Source: a virus (taxonomy: Duplodnaviria; Caudoviricetes). From it: a stretch of DNA of 33,503 nt. The DNA lies in the IMG/VR virus record IMGVR_UViG_3300017719_000074, positions 1-33,503 of that record; one strand, written 5' to 3'. The notes below the pieces were generated by a model. The model searched no databases. It was given only the letters and a program-made list of their open reading frames with translations, and was not told where the DNA came from. How positions within the stretch are numbered: the first letter of the stretch is position 1; every line of letters begins with the position of its first letter. The position numbers were made by a program, and so were the translations under genes. Positions 24,636 through 32,452 of this stretch are shown piece after piece.

Positions 24636-25405
24636 TTTTCAATTTCCTCTTTGTTTTGATCCACTAAATATATATAACCGTCCATGCCGTGATCTGTCAA
24701 ACCATCAAAGAATTTAAATTGTGACCAAGCTGTTACAAATCCTTTAACAAGATCCCACATGTCTTGCCAATATGTATAACCTAAGGCAAGGTTTTCTTTA
24801 CTATTGAAATACATTTCGAAACCATCATGCTTAAATCCTAAAATAGCAGGAGGTACTTTAGCAACTAGATCATTATTATTAACAAATCGATAATGAGGAA
24901 CACAACATGTATTAACAAAAGTCTTACCGCCAACACGAGGAGAACCAAATGTAAACAATGCTTTAGCAAATGGATAACGTGATGCACCAATTGTTGCCAT
25001 AGCACCACCAAGAGAATGACCACAAAAGTATACATCACGAGGAGTTTTAAGCTTGCTATTATGTACGAGTACCTTTAGAACTTCTTCCCATAGCTCATCG
25101 ATTTCTTCTTTAAAGCCACCATGAACCATACCAGCAGAGCTTGATTTTTCTTTAAAGAAATTGAGGTCAGCTTTAAGATCGTTTAATTGATTGGGTTGAG
25201 TACCACGGAAAGCAATCCATAACTGATCGTCGAATCGTGTAACTAGACATTCAGCGTTGTTAATAGAAGTAAGCTTAGACTTTGCATCCTTGTGGATTTC
25301 GTTTTTAATCAATTCGTCTCTTTGTGCGCTATCGTCTATATAAGACCATGATGCTAAACGTGCGGCTACTGCTGCTTTTTCACTCAGACTTTTCGGACTG
25401 GCCAT
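24623..25405 (-). CDS. Class 3 lipase (alpha/beta hydrolase)
   Basis: IAFRGT, VHGGF, GHSLGGAMA, TFGSPRVG, NNNDLVAKVP, DHGMDGY: complete Ser-Asp-His triad. Confidence 0.95.
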   Translation of the reverse strand: MASPKSLSEKAAVAARLASWSYIDDSAQRDELIKNEIHKDAKSKLTSINNAECLVTRFDDQLWIAFRGTQPNQLNDLKADLNFFKEKSSSAGMVHGGFKEEIDELWEEVLKVLVHNSKLKTPRDVYFCGHSLGGAMATIGASRYPFAKALFTFGSPRVGGKTFVNTCCVPHYRFVNNNDLVAKVPPAILGFKHDGFEMYFNSKENLALGYTYWQDMWDLVKGFVTAWSQFKFFDGLTDHGMDGYIYLVDQNKEEIEKCRG

Positions 25406-25796
25406 TCTCTTCTTCCTCTATAGTAGTTACTTTCTTATAATATATGACAACTTCTTTTAATTCTTTAACATATCTCTTAATTTCTTGAAGATTATATGCC
25501 ATGAGTTCATAATCACTAGGTGACATAGCAAAGAATACTAACATATCACCAGATTCCTTTTTAATGTTAACAAGGAATTCATCGATGTTTTTATCTGATA
25601 CGACGTACCATTGCGGTTCTTTTAAATCAATCGGCCGAGGTAATACAGGCTGTGTAATCTTAATCTTTATCGGTACTGTTTTTATTTCAACCTCGCGAGG
25701 AGGCTGTTTCAGTAATGCACAACTACTCAGTAATAGGACTGATAATAAAGCTGCTGTCGTTTTCAAGCGAGTCAAATACATCTTTGGTTGCTCCAT
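25380..25796 (-). CDS. Outer-membrane spanin (Rz1-like lipoprotein)
   Basis: Lipobox LLLSSC, proline-rich mature region, overlaps the 3' end of the i-spanin. Exact start uncertain. Confidence 0.8.
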   Translation of the reverse strand: MEQPKMYLTRLKTTAALLSVLLLSSCALLKQPPREVEIKTVPIKIKITQPVLPRPIDLKEPQWYVVSDKNIDEFLVNIKKESGDMLVFFAMSPSDYELMAYNLQEIKRYVKELKEVVIYYKKVTTIEEEENGQSEKSE

Positions 25797-26109
25797 TTAC
25801 TCTTGTCTCAATTAAGCCAGGTTTTGCAGCTGCGAGTTTAGCTAGGTTATGTCGCTTAAATATATCGAGATACCTATTCATCTCAGCTTCAATTTCGTGA
25901 TTCTTTTGTGATAGAGCATTCAGAGCTTCGCCTTGTAACTCATAGGATTTTTGCATAGTATTAATTGCATCATCTTGAGTCTCAATCTTCAACTCATATG
26001 CTTTATTCAAATCACGTAGTTCAATCAATTGATTTTGTGTGCTACTATAGTATAAGTAACCTATAATACCAAATGATATTAATATTCCAATCAGTACTTT
26101 ACTGAGCAT
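25723..26109 (-). CDS. Inner-membrane spanin (Rz-like)
   Basis: N-terminal TM helix, coiled coil, AAKPGLIETRVN motif as in T4-type spanins. Confidence 0.8.
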   Translation of the reverse strand: MLSKVLIGILISFGIIGYLYYSSTQNQLIELRDLNKAYELKIETQDDAINTMQKSYELQGEALNALSQKNHEIEAEMNRYLDIFKRHNLAKLAAAKPGLIETRVNGATKDVFDSLENDSSFIISPITE

Positions 26110-26296
26110 TCTTTTTTGCTTCTCTAGCTGCTTTCTTAGCGTTCATACGCTCAACAAACTTACGGCCTTCTTTAGTGCGACCATCATAGATCTTTTTCTT
26201 TTTATCTTTATCACCTAATGGCTGAGGAGTTATCGCTACAGCGTCTACGCCCATTTGCTCATTAGCAGCTTTAAGCCATTGTTCAAAGTTAGTCAT
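26099..26296 (-). CDS. Hypothetical protein (65 aa)
   Basis: MTNFEQWL start; YDGRTKEGRKFVERM motif. Confidence 0.8.
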   Translation of the reverse strand: MTNFEQWLKAANEQMGVDAVAITPQPLGDKDKKKKIYDGRTKEGRKFVERMNAKKAAREAKKNAQ

Positions 26297-26892
26297 CGTT
26301 TTATATCTCCATTTGAAATATATATTTCTTGATTTGTTTGCACGTGTCTTACCTTATAAATGTTTTTACCAAGGATTGAAGCACAAGATGCAGTTCTTTC
26401 TTTTATCTCAATCTTAGTATTTTTAAGTGCTATTACATCGCCAGTAATAGGTGACACAGCATCTTCGACTAGTGTATACACACCAGGATTGATACCGCCA
26501 TCATTCTCAAACCATTTGTTTTCATTAAAATATTCATTGCTAATCTTTTCACCAGTCACTTCTTCTAATATCTCTATTAGTTTTGATTCAGGCAATTGCG
26601 TATGCTCTTTAATAAGAAACAATGCTGTAGCATAAGTAGCAAGTTTAGTTTGACCAAATGGTAGCTTACTGAGTAATCTTTTAATATTAAACACTAATCT
26701 GTGAAATACGGTATAAGAAGACTTTTCATTATTGGTCTTTGGTTTTTTTAAAACCTTACCATTCTCGTCAATGATCTTAAGATCAAAGGCTTCCATCTTA
26801 TTCCATGGTGTAACAAGCAGTTTAAGGAACCTGAAGGCGTAAAATAGATCAGCCGTTCTCGATACAACACCTTCATTTAATTTTTGTTGCAT
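26293..26892 (-). CDS. Conserved T4-like hypothetical protein (199 aa)
   Basis: ADLFYAFRFLKLLVTPW...YTVFHRLVFNIKRLL...YATALFLIKE. Confidence 0.85.
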   Translation of the reverse strand: MQQKLNEGVVSRTADLFYAFRFLKLLVTPWNKMEAFDLKIIDENGKVLKKPKTNNEKSSYTVFHRLVFNIKRLLSKLPFGQTKLATYATALFLIKEHTQLPESKLIEILEEVTGEKISNEYFNENKWFENDGGINPGVYTLVEDAVSPITGDVIALKNTKIEIKERTASCASILGKNIYKVRHVQTNQEIYISNGDIKR

Positions 26893-27263
26893 TACAGTTT
26901 CCTTAATACATTTATTATGTTTAAATCTAGTGGAACTTCTACTTTCTCACTTTCGTCTAAATAGTTTAGAAAAACTAAAAATGGTTTAAGATATGGATGA
27001 TGTTCTTCATCAACCTTAAACCATATCATACGATTAGCTGCCTTTAAACCAAAGACGTTATATATGACTATAATGTGATTGACTATTAAACGTTCTTGCA
27101 AATCATTATGGACTTCGTATCGCCTAAACAATCGTTTAAGATATTTAAATCTTGCTAAGTCCTCTTTGAATTCTTCGATATCCGCACATTGATTATTATC
27201 ATAGTTTTGCATAGCGAAGAACTCAAAGTTCTTGTTTGTAAGTTTGTCAAATACTCTCATCAT
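26892..27263 (-). CDS. Conserved T4-like hypothetical protein (123 aa)
   Basis: FAMQNYDN...EFKEDLARFKYLKRLFRRY...ERLIVNHIIVIYNVFG. Confidence 0.85.
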   Translation of the reverse strand: MMRVFDKLTNKNFEFFAMQNYDNNQCADIEEFKEDLARFKYLKRLFRRYEVHNDLQERLIVNHIIVIYNVFGLKAANRMIWFKVDEEHHPYLKPFLVFLNYLDESEKVEVPLDLNIINVLRKL

Positions 27264-27284
27264 ATAGTATATATACTAATGCTT

Positions 27285-28187
27285 CTATTTTAGTTTGGCT
27301 TGTAGATCTTCTATTTTTTGTTCAGCATTATAGATTACTTCATTTTGATAATCTTCAGTTTTGTCGGCTGCATCTTTAGAGATTTCTTTATCTTTTAACT
27401 TTCGGTCAGATACCTTTATCTTCTCTTTAGCACGCTCGATTTTGGCTTGTAGCTCTTTAATTTGGCTTTCAACGCCAGCTTTTGCTTTATCACCAGATGA
27501 ATCACCACCAGTTACTTTATCAGCTGCTCTTTGAACTTTCTTCTTAGCCTTATTAAAGAAATCACCAACACCTTCTTTAACTTCGCCATCTGCTTCATAG
27601 TTAGCATCGACGTAATCAAAGAATTCTTTCTTCTTACCATCTTCCAATTCAGCAGGTGATTTAACACCAAACTTTTTCAAAGCAGATGTAAAGAAAGCTT
27701 TATATTTCTTTTGCTTATCAGATTCTTCTTCAGTCTTAGCTTCACCCAATGAGGCCATTAATGATTTAACAGTCTTGAGGTCTAGCTTCATTTTCTTGGC
27801 AATAAACGCAGCGTCTTTACCTTGATCAACATAGTCAGCAAACTCTTTCATTCGGCCTTCATTGATAACAAGTGCTTCGCTATGAGCTTCATCGACTTCC
27901 TCGCCTAGATCAACCTTCTTAACACCATGCATTTTACGCACTTTATCAACGTTTTGATCGTCTGACTTATCAGTAGGATCAGCTACGTTTTCTTCTGGAG
28001 CTTCATGTGTATAACCTTTAGCAGCAAGAGCTTTATGCCCAGCTTCATCTTTAGCTACTTCTTTCTTTCCAGTCTTAGGATCGAACATATCGTGTGGATA
28101 CTTCATTTCCATTTCTTTTACTTCTTTACCTTCGAGGACACCCTGTACCGCTTGCACGAGGTCCTTGTTTACTTCTGAGAGTTTCAT
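27285..28187 (-). CDS. Highly charged mosaic protein (300 aa), candidate internal head/core protein
   Basis: K/E-rich; short modules separated by [ILV]xE sites; AGGAG RBS; late promoter at 28262-28269. Confidence 0.8.
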   Translation of the reverse strand: MKLSEVNKDLVQAVQGVLEGKEVKEMEMKYPHDMFDPKTGKKEVAKDEAGHKALAAKGYTHEAPEENVADPTDKSDDQNVDKVRKMHGVKKVDLGEEVDEAHSEALVINEGRMKEFADYVDQGKDAAFIAKKMKLDLKTVKSLMASLGEAKTEEESDKQKKYKAFFTSALKKFGVKSPAELEDGKKKEFFDYVDANYEADGEVKEGVGDFFNKAKKKVQRAADKVTGGDSSGDKAKAGVESQIKELQAKIERAKEKIKVSDRKLKDKEISKDAADKTEDYQNEVIYNAEQKIEDLQAKLK

Positions 28188-28196
28188 TTTTTTCTC

Positions 28197-28496
28197 CTAT
28201 TGCATTAAGTACATTCCAGTGACCCCACCGACGATGCCGGTAACAAGGATCCAGAACAGTTTATTTATAACATTAACTACTATTTCGTTCGAACTTACTT
28301 TAGTTTCGAGGTCTTCTAAACGCTCAACGATTTTTAATATCTGGTTAGCTTGCGCTTCACCATATTTCGCTAGCATTGTAATCTTCTCTTCGGCCCGGGC
28401 AATCGATACTATAGCTTCAGATAACTGATCAAGTTTATTTTCGATTCGGTCCAGTCGAGCATTTTGATCACTATGATCTTTTGTTGGTGGTGACAT
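28197..28496 (-). CDS. Coiled-coil protein with C-terminal TM helix (99 aa)
   Basis: RLDRIENKLDQLSEAIVSIARAEEKI heptads; LFWILVTGIVGGVTG. Confidence 0.8.
   Translation of the reverse strand: MSPPTKDHSDQNARLDRIENKLDQLSEAIVSIARAEEKITMLAKYGEAQANQILKIVERLEDLETKVSSNEIVVNVINKLFWILVTGIVGGVTGMYLMQ
28262..28269 (-). promoter_or_regulatory. Probable late promoter TATAAATA
   Basis: Exact consensus about 75 nt upstream of the ATG at 28187. Confidence 0.6.
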
Positions 28497-29167
28497 TACT
28501 TCATTTCCTTTTGAGATTTTACCCAGTCCTTTGCTAATTTATTCTGCACCGGGCGATTGATGAATTTTTGTACTTGTTTATACGCTTTTAACATAATATC
28601 TTCGTCTGATTTGTTATTGTCAACAATCAATATATTTTTAGCACCAAAATAACTTTGAAATTTACCTATGTTGTTTTGCACTCTATTCCATGAATCAATC
28701 ACTAAAGGTTCCGGAACAGAACGCGTACGTTTCTTATTTCTTTCTAACGCTACCTCTAACGAGGTGTTTACGAATATCATATAGGTATCATAACCAAAAT
28801 TTCTTAGCATTTCTGAGCTAGTCTTTATATTATTAAAGTCTTTACCAGTACCATCAATAGCTAATCCCAAACGACCTTTCATATAAATTGATTGTCGTTT
28901 ACCGGTCATTTGCTTTGCTCGAGATCTAACTCGATCCCTAGCATCTGATTGTGAATCTGGCATTTTAAAATCTAAGTCATTCTTTTTCATACCTAATTCA
29001 AACAGATCATCTGAGTTGACCATTTTAAGTCCACTAGACTTTGGTATAGCACCCTTTGCTACATACGACTTACCGCTACCGGGACCACCAGCCATATAGA
29101 TAGCTTTAAATATTCCCGGATCATTTACACCTTCGTCTATAAAGTCTTTAAACTTATCCAAACTCAT
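28496..29167 (-). CDS. P-loop kinase (Zeta-toxin/AAA_33/Pnk-like)
   Basis: AGGPGSGKS Walker A, VNSDD, AIDGTG, VALERNKKRTRSVP lid. Confidence 0.88.
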   Translation of the reverse strand: MSLDKFKDFIDEGVNDPGIFKAIYMAGGPGSGKSYVAKGAIPKSSGLKMVNSDDLFELGMKKNDLDFKMPDSQSDARDRVRSRAKQMTGKRQSIYMKGRLGLAIDGTGKDFNNIKTSSEMLRNFGYDTYMIFVNTSLEVALERNKKRTRSVPEPLVIDSWNRVQNNIGKFQSYFGAKNILIVDNNKSDEDIMLKAYKQVQKFINRPVQNKLAKDWVKSQKEMK

Positions 29168-29396
29168 GTCCCGCCACTCTTTTCATTTGCTTTTTAAATT
29201 CAGCAAAATCAGGTTTATTCTTATATAGTTTAATGGTAACCTCAGGTCTTTCTTTACCTTTGATTCTCCAATTAAATCCTTTTTCTTTGTGATCAGGCTT
29301 TGTAGTCTTTACAACACGGCGCTTGAATCCAGCTTCCCAGCCTTCACCTTTGTATTTACCTTCGCCTTCTGCTATAAAATCTTTAAAATCTATCAC
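29154..29396 (-). CDS. Small basic protein with CTS-like N-terminus (80 aa)
   Basis: Starts MIDFKDFIAE; GGAG RBS. Confidence 0.8.
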   Translation of the reverse strand: MIDFKDFIAEGEGKYKGEGWEAGFKRRVVKTTKPDHKEKGFNWRIKGKERPEVTIKLYKNKPDFAEFKKQMKRVAGHEFG

Positions 29397-29398
29397 AA

Positions 29399-29692
29399 TT
29401 AAACTCCGTGGTCATCTCGCCAACGTTGAACTTCTTTCTTAGCCAATCCTACATTTTTATATGCAGTTACTGGATGCCTTGGTGTATGACCACTGTTATC
29501 AAAGATGGTAGGCAGTACTTTTTGACTACCATCTTTATTAAACTTCATGGAATCCATACCAGATAAACGAATCTCAAACTTACCGTCTGAAGTCACATGC
29601 TTAAATACTTTCTTGTTACCAGCGCCATATCCATCTGGAACTTTCTTCCATTTAATCTTAGCTTCTGTTATAAAGTCTTTAAATTTAATCAT
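29399..29692 (-). CDS. Small basic protein with CTS-like N-terminus (97 aa)
   Basis: Starts MIKFKDFITE. Confidence 0.8.
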   Translation of the reverse strand: MIKFKDFITEAKIKWKKVPDGYGAGNKKVFKHVTSDGKFEIRLSGMDSMKFNKDGSQKVLPTIFDNSGHTPRHPVTAYKNVGLAKKEVQRWRDDHGV

Positions 29693-29694
29693 TA

Positions 29695-30234
29695 TTACTT
29701 ATCGTCTATGATGATACCAAATGTATCTCTGATTTCGATTGTAGGACCTGAAGTGAACTTAGCGTCACCAGCACCAAGCAAGCCATCGAGTCGACCAGCT
29801 TCTGTGCTTTTATAAGAACCTTTCATAGCCTTCATCATCTTCTTAAGTTTGACATCATCTTGAGGACCTTGAAGCATTACTACAAAATCGTTGCTTAGTA
29901 AGTAATAATCTTGATTTTCTGTAGAATAGCTTGGTTCTTTTACAAACTTACCAAACTTCTTACCTTTCATACCGACAACACCAAAGCTACCAACTGGAAG
30001 TTTAGCTTTCTTTTCTGCCTTTACGACATAATCGAGAACCAAATCAGAACCCTGTTTAGTAACCCATTGGCCCCACATTACGGTAAGTTTCTTTTCATCG
30101 ACCTGAGACATCTTGGCTTTTTCGATGTATTTTTTAAATGACTGAGCTACCAAGTTACCCAGCTGAGACATTGAACCGGTTGGACGGTATGCTTTTTCTT
30201 GCAGCTCTGCTCTAATTTGTGTAAATTGTTTCAT
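29695..30234 (-). CDS. Hypothetical protein, degenerate CTS-like N-terminus (179 aa)
   Basis: Starts MKQFTQIRAELQE; AAGGA RBS. Confidence 0.8.
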   Translation of the reverse strand: MKQFTQIRAELQEKAYRPTGSMSQLGNLVAQSFKKYIEKAKMSQVDEKKLTVMWGQWVTKQGSDLVLDYVVKAEKKAKLPVGSFGVVGMKGKKFGKFVKEPSYSTENQDYYLLSNDFVVMLQGPQDDVKLKKMMKAMKGSYKSTEAGRLDGLLGAGDAKFTSGPTIEIRDTFGIIIDDK

Positions 30235-30263
30235 TTTAAATCCTTTGTTTTAAGTTTAAATTA

Positions 30264-30806
30264 TTATTTCTTATATCGTGGATCAGCACGGTATTGGTAT
30301 TTTGTTGGAACTTCAGAACTAACCATGAAGCTTCTAGCTGATTTTTTAACATCATTTAGTTTAGTCAAAACTTTGTTGAAAGCTTTTTCGTCAAAATCAT
30401 TACCAGCTTTCAGACCTCTTAATACTGCTTCAAGATCCTTTGCTATTCGAGGTAGATCACCATCGATCATTTTGCCAGGAATTCGCTGGAAAGCTTCGTC
30501 GATCTGTGCATCTTCTTTCATTAATTTGCTTTTATTCTTAGTAGCATAAACATCAGCGGATCGTGAAGCACCACGATCACCACTAGCAGCGTATCCATCT
30601 AGGTATGCTTGAGCATGGCCTTCAGCATCTTTAGCAGATTTAAACATCTTACCGCCAGAATACATTACATGACCTTTTTGTGAATGTGTAATCAAAGCAC
30701 GAAAGCCGCCCTTTGGTCCTTTTTCAGATCCAACAGTATAGTCGACAGGATCTAATCGTGCTTCTCGTAGAGCACGTGCTTCTCGTATTGCTTTAAATTT
30801 AATCAT
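30264..30806 (-). CDS. Hypothetical two-module protein, degenerate CTS-like N-terminus (180 aa)
   Basis: Starts MIKFKAIREARALRE; internal LMKEDAQIDE linker. Confidence 0.8.
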   Translation of the reverse strand: MIKFKAIREARALREARLDPVDYTVGSEKGPKGGFRALITHSQKGHVMYSGGKMFKSAKDAEGHAQAYLDGYAASGDRGASRSADVYATKNKSKLMKEDAQIDEAFQRIPGKMIDGDLPRIAKDLEAVLRGLKAGNDFDEKAFNKVLTKLNDVKKSARSFMVSSEVPTKYQYRADPRYKK

Positions 30807-32421
30807 TGGTATTGTCCTTTAAGTAATCTTTAAATGATTTTGAATTATCTTCAAATGCTAAATGTTTAGGTAGTAAATCTTGCTTAATCATATCATGAAA
30901 AACTACGCTTAAGTTTTTGTAATCAAGGCCTGTAATCTTAGCAGTCTTCATCATCATTTTCTTAGCGTTATCAGTATCGCCTGATGATTTTTTGCGTAGA
31001 TCAAGGTAGAATCTAATAGCCTTTTTATATATTGGCTTTTTCAGAGTACGATCGATATAACGATCTAGTCTTGGGAATTGAGTAATTGCTATTACTTCAT
31101 CAAGCTCACCAGGAGTCATACCCTTTACATGATCAGTATATTCATCCGAGCCATACTCGTAATATTCTTTAACGGTTGCTTCAGCGCGTACCTTTGCGGC
31201 TAAGTCTTTATCAGCTTTGCCCCACGTACCTTTTGACTTAGTAACGAATGAATTAACTCGAGCGAATGCCCATTGTTGTGGAGTAGTACCAGGACGGTGA
31301 CCAGTTCTCCATGCAGCCATTCCACGATCATATACCTTTTTAAGTATACCGTATGGCATGCCTGATTTATCTGCTTTCTTAACAAGACCAGCGATTTTCT
31401 TTTCTTCAAGTTCATCTTCACCAAACATTTGCTTATACTTTTTAGTATGTTTAGATGGCTTAGTCTCACCAGTAGGATCACCAGGAGCGGGCTTATAAGC
31501 TGCAGGGTTATCATCATCCATGTCAGCTTGCTTTTTAAATTGTGCTTTACGTTTGTCTGCAGTTGATTTGCTCATACCTGCATAGTAATCTTCTTCTAAC
31601 TTTTCAATTGAATCTAACCAGCAACGCTTCTTACTGCCATCTGCAAATTCAACTAATACGTAATTGGCACCAGTCATTGTGAGTGTACCAACCTCATTTG
31701 TTTCTTTTACAATAACTGTATCGCCTTCAACGAATAACTTACCAGCCTTATACTGTTCGCGTTCTTCTGATACTGTTTCTAATTGGATATGCTTACGATG
31801 TTTATGAGACTCTTTAAGACCCATACCTTTACGAATAGCATTAAATAATTCTTTACCATCTTTATAAGATGATGGCATACCTTTACTGAATGATGCAAAA
31901 TCATTTGCTACAGCAGCAGCTCTTAGCTTAGATGCACTCATACCAGATACATCATCTGAATCAGGATCCCTTGCACCAGCACTGATGACGGTAATACCAC
32001 CTTCAAACTGATAGAAACCATGACGGCCCTTTTCGCCATTGTATTTGTTTAATAGCTTATCGAATTCTGTTAAACGATCTTCACCAACAACCATATTAAC
32101 TTTGGTGAAACCTTGATCATATAGACGAGTTACAATATCAAATACAGTACGAACGTTTGAATCGCTCATAATGTTTCGTGCATACTTAGGAAACATCTTA
32201 CGGAGAAATTTGATTTTTTCTTTAAACTTAAGAGGATTCTTCTTAGGATCATTTGACTGTGAAGCATATATTCTAAATTGACCAGTGCCTGCTTTTTTCT
32301 TTAAAGCATCAAACACTTTCTCATGGCCGTTCGTTGGTGGATTAAATCGACCAAATACGAATGTGATGTCTTTCGTTTCTTCAGATAAATATTCACTAAA
32401 GCGTTTTGGATTATACGCCAT
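30799..32421 (-). CDS. Cytidylyltransferase-like (HIGH superfamily) nucleotidyltransferase fused to a KOW/SH3-like and a DUF5824-like module
   Basis: FGRFNPPTNGH, KKNPL, VVGEDR, SAGARDPD, MSASKLR; later VYDRGMAAWRTGHRPGTTPQQWAFARVNSF. Likely start MAYNPK at 32421 (GAGG RBS); track start 32445. Confidence 0.88.
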   Translation of the reverse strand: MAYNPKRFSEYLSEETKDITFVFGRFNPPTNGHEKVFDALKKKAGTGQFRIYASQSNDPKKNPLKFKEKIKFLRKMFPKYARNIMSDSNVRTVFDIVTRLYDQGFTKVNMVVGEDRLTEFDKLLNKYNGEKGRHGFYQFEGGITVISAGARDPDSDDVSGMSASKLRAAAVANDFASFSKGMPSSYKDGKELFNAIRKGMGLKESHKHRKHIQLETVSEEREQYKAGKLFVEGDTVIVKETNEVGTLTMTGANYVLVEFADGSKKRCWLDSIEKLEEDYYAGMSKSTADKRKAQFKKQADMDDDNPAAYKPAPGDPTGETKPSKHTKKYKQMFGEDELEEKKIAGLVKKADKSGMPYGILKKVYDRGMAAWRTGHRPGTTPQQWAFARVNSFVTKSKGTWGKADKDLAAKVRAEATVKEYYEYGSDEYTDHVKGMTPGELDEVIAITQFPRLDRYIDRTLKKPIYKKAIRFYLDLRKKSSGDTDNAKKMMMKTAKITGLDYKNLSVVFHDMIKQDLLPKHLAFEDNSKSFKDYLKDNTND

Positions 32422-32452
32422 TCTTTTTATTTCCTCGGTTCCCATCTAAAAG

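Noticed and set aside
28496-29167. Zeta toxin of an epsilon-zeta toxin-antitoxin pair
   Set aside because: Only the generic P-loop kinase motifs are evident, no antitoxin is recognisable, and the late/CTS context fits better.
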